This document shows, one piece after another, positions 25,557 through 31,611 of a stretch of 31,611 bases of DNA (its first letter is position 1; each line of letters opens with the position of its first letter). Under the pieces are notes generated by a model. It did not search any database, was not told the DNA's origin, and worked only from the letters and a program-made list of their open reading frames with translations. Where the stretch lies: positions 1-31,611 of the forward strand of contig NW_021832197.1 in the NCBI RefSeq assembly GCF_006345805.1, in the 5' to 3' direction. The position numbers and the translations under genes are program-made. The DNA is from Octopus sinensis (lineage: Eukaryota).

Positions 25557-25814
25557 TGAAAGAATGGAGTTGAACGACGATTTAACAAAATTCCTTTATT
25601 CTCGACATATGTTTCGAAGGCTGCATATTCCTAATTCGAAGGAATAAGGGTGCATTATGCCGCCTTCTCATCAGGAAAAACAAGGAACTTATGGCAAGCA
25701 CGTGATCTCTGCCCTTGGCATGTAGCTTCAACCGTGTTTTTCTGACGTGAATTTGCTACCCAGGTATCGGTTAACCGAATTATCCATACTAAGATAATTC
25801 ATTCAACTACTTAA
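25552..25814 (-). mobile_element. Short ribozyme-bearing element between (TA)n tracts
   Basis: About 263 bp with (TA)n on both sides. The minus-strand tail ctccattctttcattatt resembles the tail of the 1221-1596 element. Confidence 0.65.
25588..25690 (-). ncRNA. Type I hammerhead ribozyme, intact canonical core
   Basis: Minus strand: AAGTTCCTTGTTTTTC-CTGATGA-GAAGGC.GCAT...ATGC.GCCTTC-GAAA-CATATG-TC|GAGAATAAAGGAATTT. Stem I pairs at 14 of 16 positions, stem III is the palindrome ACATATGT, and the GUC site lies at 25604/25603. Confidence 0.9.
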
Positions 25815-25835
25815 ATATATATATATATATATATA

Positions 25836-26038
25836 TTCATTCGCCGTGTTGGACAGCTGAACTCAACATGCTTTTTTGTTTTTCATTCTCTCTCTATTTA
25901 TTCCCTCTTCTTCCTTTCTGTCGAAGGGCGTAGGCTTGAAACGCAAATGACTTTTCCATTTTTCCCCAGCGTCAAACTAATACACCTGCTTGTTGTTCCT
26001 ACACTTGTCCTCGTCTTTGTTTTTCTTTAAATTTCAAC
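25836..26038 (+). mobile_element. Short element with degenerate minimal hammerhead-like motif
   Basis: CTTT-CTGTCGA-A-GGGC-GTAG-GCTT-GAAA-CG-CA-AATG at 25914-25949. Same layout as 2439-2625 (pyrimidine leader, motif, agcgtc, T-rich tail ending aac+ta). Confidence 0.55.
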
Positions 26039-26050
26039 TATGTATGTATG

Positions 26051-26126
<76 letters not shown>

Positions 26127-26137
26127 ACGTATGTATG

Positions 26138-27188
26138 TATATATTTTATAATATGTTATTATTAATATCAGGAAATCAATATTAGAAAATTCTTCAGAAA
26201 GATATACGTGTGTAAAATAATTGTTGTATTAAAAATATATACGTATAAAAATATACGTAAATGTATATAAGTATAAATATATAATGTATATGACATTTTA
26301 AAAGCTTTGAATTAAGTTTTTAAAGTATCTTACGATCGTTTCATAGAAGTGCTGTCCCTATAATGGAATCCTATATTGACAATATAATGGATTTTATACA
26401 TAATTATTATGGATTGCTACAGTAGAATTACCAAGGAAGCACATATGAATTTCAAGATTCTCATTCTAAAGTGTACTTACCAAAACCAAAAGCAGTAATT
26501 TTTAATTTATATTTCAAACAAACACCATTTTCCTATATTACTTCATAGTTTTTTTAAAAACTACCATTCGTAAATTTATACAAATTTCAAATTTGATATT
26601 ACCGAAGAGAAGAAGAGTTGTCTATAAATGCTTATCAATAAAGGATTCCATTATTCTATATTATCTAAGTCTATGAACTATATTTGGAATACAAGACAAT
26701 ATAATGGATTTTACACATAAATATTATGGATTATTACAGAAGACTAACCAAGGAAGTATATATGGATTTAAAGACTCTCATGCTAAAGTGTACTTACCAA
26801 AATCAAAAGCAGTAATTTTTAATTTTTGATTTATATTTCAAATAAACACCATTTTATAGTATTACTTCAAATTTTTAAAAAATTACCATTCGATATATTA
26901 TACAAAGTTCAAATTAGTTATATCGCTGAAGAGCAGAAGAGTTGTCTATAAATGCTTATCAGTATAGGATTCCATTATAGGGACAGCACTTCTGTGAAAC
27001 GATCGTAAGATGCTTTAAAAACTTAATTCAAAACTTTTAAACTGTCATATACATTATATATTTATACTTATACATATTTACATATATTTTTATATGTATT
27101 TATATTTTTAATACACGTATATATCTTTCTGAAGAATTTTCTAATATTGATTTCCTGATATAAATAATAATATATTATAAAATATATA
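26138..27188. mobile_element. Inverted plus tandem repeat structure, probably Penelope-like pLTR copies
   Basis: 26138-26379 is the reverse complement of 26959-27188. Direct repeats start at 26378 and 26695 (period 317). Confidence 0.8.
26920..27013 (+). ncRNA. Type I hammerhead ribozyme (weak stem I)
   Basis: CTGAAGA at 26926-26932; stem II GCAGAAG/CTTCTGT plus GTTGTC/GACAGC; GAAA at 26996-26999; palindrome ACGATCGT; GUA site at 27007/27008; stem I TATC(G)/(A)GATG. Confidence 0.75.
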
Positions 27189-27356
27189 TTATCGCTCGTA
27201 TTAAATACATAGATACTTTAATAGTATTACTACTTTGATACAATACAGCACCCAATATAAATTCAGTATATAACATTGTCATTGAATATATTTAACTAAA
27301 GATTTATGTATATCTGTATATATACATATATTTATATATACATATATGTATATATA

Positions 27357-27465
27357 CATCCTTTCGGGGTCGATAAATTAAGTACCAGTTACGCACTGGG
27401 GTAGATGTAATCGACTAACACTTTTCCCCAAAATATCGAGCCTTGAGCCTATAGTAGAAAAGATT
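27357..27465 (+). mobile_element. SINE family B 3' half
   Basis: catcctttcggggtcgataaattaagtaccagttacgcactgggg. Confidence 0.85.
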
Positions 27466-27479
27466 ATTATTTCTATAAC

Positions 27480-27882
27480 TTGTATATATTTATTTTAGTA
27501 TAAATGCAAAACGACACCACACACTCGCCTCCCGAGTTTCGTTTTCCATACAGTACATACGATTCTTTGTTTACTAATCTACGGTACACTACGAATTTTC
27601 TTTTAATGTATTTTAATTAATGTGTTATACAGTGCAGTACTGTACAGTATTTTAATTAATTACTTAGTTAATTTTTAGGAGTGAAAATGCTTATTTTACC
27701 ACAGAAATAATTAAAATCTAAAAGAATATAAATACCCATCGGCCGCAGAAACCCGCGATATACTGAGGAGTCCGCGATATACTGAGAAGTCCGCGATATA
27801 AATTTACATACATTAGCCAGAAAAATCCGCGATGTACTGAGGGAGTGATAGACTAACCGCGATATGACGATGGATTATTGTA
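27480..27882 (-). mobile_element. pogo/Tigger-like MITE remnant with subterminal repeats
   Basis: Several ccgcgatatactgag-type repeats in 27752-27865. The terminus read in reverse complement, TA-CAATAATCCATCGTCATATCGCGG, resembles 13568. Confidence 0.55.
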
Positions 27883-28309
27883 TGCATTCATACATCATGT
27901 ATATATGTACATATGTGTGTGTGTATAAAATAAGGTTATACACATACGTACGTATATTTACATATATATTATACATATTTATGGGCAGCAGAAACACGTG
28001 TTGGATTGGAATCTAATGTGAATTTAATGAGAATACAACTGTAATAAACAAGTTCTGAATACACACACACACACACACAACACACACACAATAAACATAT
28101 ACATACACAAACACATATATACACCCCGCCCCACCCCTGCACTCACCTACGGTGTTAGAGTATGTCTGTATGTGATTGTATGAGTGCACAAGCGCGTGTG
28201 CTTTATCGTGTTTGTCAAGCAGTATGACTGAGGCTCTATTTTCTGTGAATACCCCCATCTATCAGTCCGTTCGCTTGTGATTCTGACCGTTTCTCTGTCT
28301 GTCTGTCTG

Positions 28310-28357
<48 letters not shown>

Positions 28358-28685
28358 TCTACCAGTCTATCTACATTATTCTTCGCTCCCACTCTCTCTC
28401 TCTGATTTACTCGTCCGTCGGTGTCTGAGTCGATCTGTCTCTTTCTTCACCCCCACACCCCACACCAGAACCCACTACCACCACCACCACGTCCCCTCCT
28501 ATACCGAAATGTCTGACTGTCTGCACATCCACCCCCAACCCACCCCATCGCGGGTGATGGTTGGTGATGATAGTGGTGGTGGTGGTGGTGGTGGTAGTGG
28601 TGGTGGTGGTGGTTGTAGAGCTGTTTGGAGTGAGTGTCTGAGATAACATTTTTCTGTTCTGCTTCCATTTCTTTGAGATAAGAAC

Positions 28686-28701
28686 ACATACACACACACA
28701 G

Positions 28702-28733
<32 letters not shown>

Positions 28734-29465
28734 ATACACAAACCCACACGCATGCATATATACACATAAACTCACACACACACACATTCACACACCCATA
28801 CGTAGACGCAAAAATATATGTAGAGATAAGCACTCACATATACACATATACACGCACCTACATTTTCAGAGACATAGGCGCACACACGCACACATTCATG
28901 CGTACAGACACACATTCACACACATACAAAACACATAAATATACATACGTATAAACACACATGCACCGTCACTCGAACACATACACATATACACGAAGAC
29001 ACACACACACACACATATACAGACATTTTTATGCACTAACACACGCTCACAAACACACATAGAGACGCAGATACACACACACACACACACTGACGCACAT
29101 ATATATACACATACACGTATACATATCCATTTTTGCTCTCAGATAAATACACATGGGGTTATATATACACACAAACATACAAACTCCTACATACACATAT
29201 AGACGCACACATCCATACACGTCGATACACATTCACACACACGCAAACACACACACACACACACACACATGAATACACACACATGTGCACATACAAGCAC
29301 ATAATTAAACGTACATATATATTCATACACATGCAGATATACGCACCAAGACACACACACCCATACAGATACACATATACACATACAGACATACAAACAT
29401 ATACATATAGAGACATACACACATGCATGTACGCATACAAACAATACGCATACACACACAGACAC
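28686..29465. repeat. Degenerate (CA)n/(TACA)n tract
   Basis: Directly visible. Confidence 0.93.
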
Positions 29466-30142
29466 AGGCGTACATCTGAAGTCCTGCTTTTGTATATTTT
29501 GGTCTCTAGGAAAAGGGTGGGCCCGTAGCTTTCGCAACCCCACACCCTACTCTTGAGGGAAGAAAGAGATAAAGAATATTTGTAGGCGTTGTTCTTGGTG
29601 TTGCTGTTTAGCCCCAAGTCAGTGCTGATAGAGCAAACGAGCCTATTATCATCAAGGAGCTTCCAGTCATGACCATCATGCAAAATAAGCTGCTTTTCAT
29701 TCTTTTTTTTTTTAGTCAAGAGAAAGGGCGCCGCTCATGAATCTTTACAGGCAATCTGAGGCTGGAAGGAGGCAGGAGTGGATGGGGAGTATTGTTAATT
29801 AAGAGACTCGATCCCCGAGTGTTCGTAACAGAGCGGATTCTGGTAAGAGTACCCGTGGTACGCAACGCGCTAGCCATTTGATGGTGTTAAACCGGATGAC
29901 GGATTTTGCATTTTTTTTTCCATGCTAAAAAACAATTTAATATTGGTTTCAAATGCTGGTACAAAGTCGATGTTGGTGGAATTTGAACTCAAAACGCAAA
30001 GACGGTGTGCAAATGATTCTACTAGGTATCTCCTTCGACAGCGATATAATTGGTTTCAAATCCTAGCACAAGGCCCCAGCAATTTCGGTGTTGTGGGTAA
30101 GTCGATCACATCGATCTTAGTAATCAGCTGATGGTTATTTTA

Positions 30143-30172
30143 TTGCAGTGTGGAAGGTGCTTGTAAACCATA

Positions 30173-30255
<83 letters not shown>

Positions 30256-30340
30256 CAAACGTTAGATTCACTTCAACATTTAAATTTAATTTGTCAAAAT
30301 ATTTTCGTCGCTTTGAAATCGTGACCTGTTCACTGACAAT
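30143..30340 (-). mobile_element. Copy 1 of element with G3-C8 variant hammerhead-like motif (motif 30291-30339)
   Basis: Minus strand: TTGTCA-GTGAACA-G-GTCAC...GCGAC-GAAA-ATAT-TT-TGACAA; homologous to 30943-31079. Confidence 0.65.
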
Positions 30341-30428
30341 ATATATATATACACACACACTTGAACATATATAAATTTTTATAATTTTATTCATATTTTA
30401 TAAATGAATATTTCATTATTTTATTAAC

Positions 30429-30463
<35 letters not shown>

Positions 30464-30942
30464 GTGTGTGTGTGAGTGAGTGTGTGTGTGTGTACACAAG
30501 ACAGAAAATGTCGGACAGACAGGTCAGTTATTCCTCTCCAATTTTTTTGTAAATTCTTTAATATATCTCCTTCTGTATGTATATATATATATATTGCCAA
30601 ACAAACATGATTTTTATTGAACTCAAAATACTTATTGTATTCCCTTTCTCGAATACTTTCTTGTAAACTGTTTTTAACATATTCTTATCATTATCAAAGA
30701 CTGTATAACTGTATTTTAATACTTCTGTGATTGATAACCATTTTTTAACACAACATAGCTTATACAAAGCTTTATATTTTACTTTTGATAATCTTTTTCT
30801 AAAAAAGTGAAACCGGTCAAGTCAATAAGTATCTCTAAAAGACCTTTGCATTTTCAAACCTTCTTTCATATATATTTTCACTCGTGCGGTACCTTACAAC
30901 TTTACTTTGTTTATGCGTATGTGTGTGTGTGTGTGTGTACAA

Positions 30943-31191
30943 TTGTAGCGTGGAAGGTGTTTATAAGCCATTTTAAAAAAACACACAAAAACCGTTAGAT
31001 TCACTACTACGTTTAAGTTTAATTTGTCAAAATATTTTCGTCGCTTTGAGACCGAGACCGCGACCTGTTCACTAACAAAATTCCGTGCTGTTTTTTTTTT
31101 GTTTTTTTAATGGCTTATAAACACCTTCCGCACTGCAAATGTTTTTGTTTCAGCACACGATCTCAGATCAGGTCACTTGCTACGCAAGTAC
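30943..31191 (-). mobile_element. Copy 2 of the same element (motif 31023-31079), with 30-bp inverted repeat
   Basis: Minus strand: TTTGTTA-GTGAACA-G-GTCGC...GCGAC-GAAA-ATAT-TT-TGACAAA. Inverted repeat 30943-30972 versus 31109-31138. Confidence 0.7.
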
Positions 31192-31199
31192 ATATACGT

Positions 31200-31340
31200 A
31201 AGTTATTTTATTGACCTCGCGAAAGTATAAAAGGCAAGTCGACCTCGGCAAGATTTGAACTCAGAACATAAAGAACTACGAATTACCCGCTGGGCATTTA
31301 GAGGTGTGCTAACGGTGTGCTAACGATTTTGCCAGCTCAT
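31200..31340 (-). mobile_element. SINE family B fragment
   Basis: aaggcaagtcgacctcggcaagatttgaactcagaac...gctaacgattttgccagctc. Confidence 0.75.
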
Positions 31341-31611
31341 TGTCTTTGTCAGCGCTATAATTACGATTGCTTTTATGCATCACAAGTCTATACGAGACAT
31401 CCTCTCAAAGTAAATAACGGAAAATTCTATGTTCTAATAGAACCGCCACGTTATGTTGGAGATCAAGATTACATTTTCGTATTAATAATACTGTTTCTGT
31501 CGCAATTAATTATTTTATAAAATATTATATATTTGAGAGGATTAATAAAGCTCGTTGATTAATTATCATTAGTCGCGATTGTGAAACCTCTTGCAAGAAT
31601 CAAGTTAATTC

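Noticed and set aside
27752-27865. Spaced CCGCGATAT repeats as a CRISPR array
   Set aside because: Eukaryotic context, short irregular spacing and no cas genes; they fit MITE subterminal repeats.
31480-31611. TAAT/TGAT-rich unique stretch as a homeodomain enhancer (similar at 6380-6432)
   Set aside because: Such motifs are expected by chance in AT-rich DNA; conservation data would be needed.

Overview
This is AT-rich, non-genic, repeat-saturated eukaryotic nuclear DNA, most likely from an octopus (inferred from a cephalopod-like mitochondrial insert and octopus-type SINEs recognised from memory). No host protein-coding exon can be supported. Almost all listed ORFs are microsatellite translations. 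The window holds two tRNA-derived SINE families in many copies, three R4/Dong-like LINE relics (two nested in a TAA array), an L1/Tx1-like relic, MITE and Helitron ends, and a rearranged mitochondrial insert (rrnL-trnL-cob) that splits a SINE. The main hidden signal is RNA structure. At least eight type I hammerhead-ribozyme-like motifs from several sequence-unrelated short elements sit mostly in or beside (TA)n/(TG)n tracts. All have a palindromic or near-palindromic stem III. Three keep a canonical core with long stem II extensions, and one two-copy family carries a compensatory G3-C8 core swap. The architecture resembles Penelope-like pLTRs or retrozymes. All folds and family calls were made by eye, nothing was searched or computed, and boundaries are approximate.
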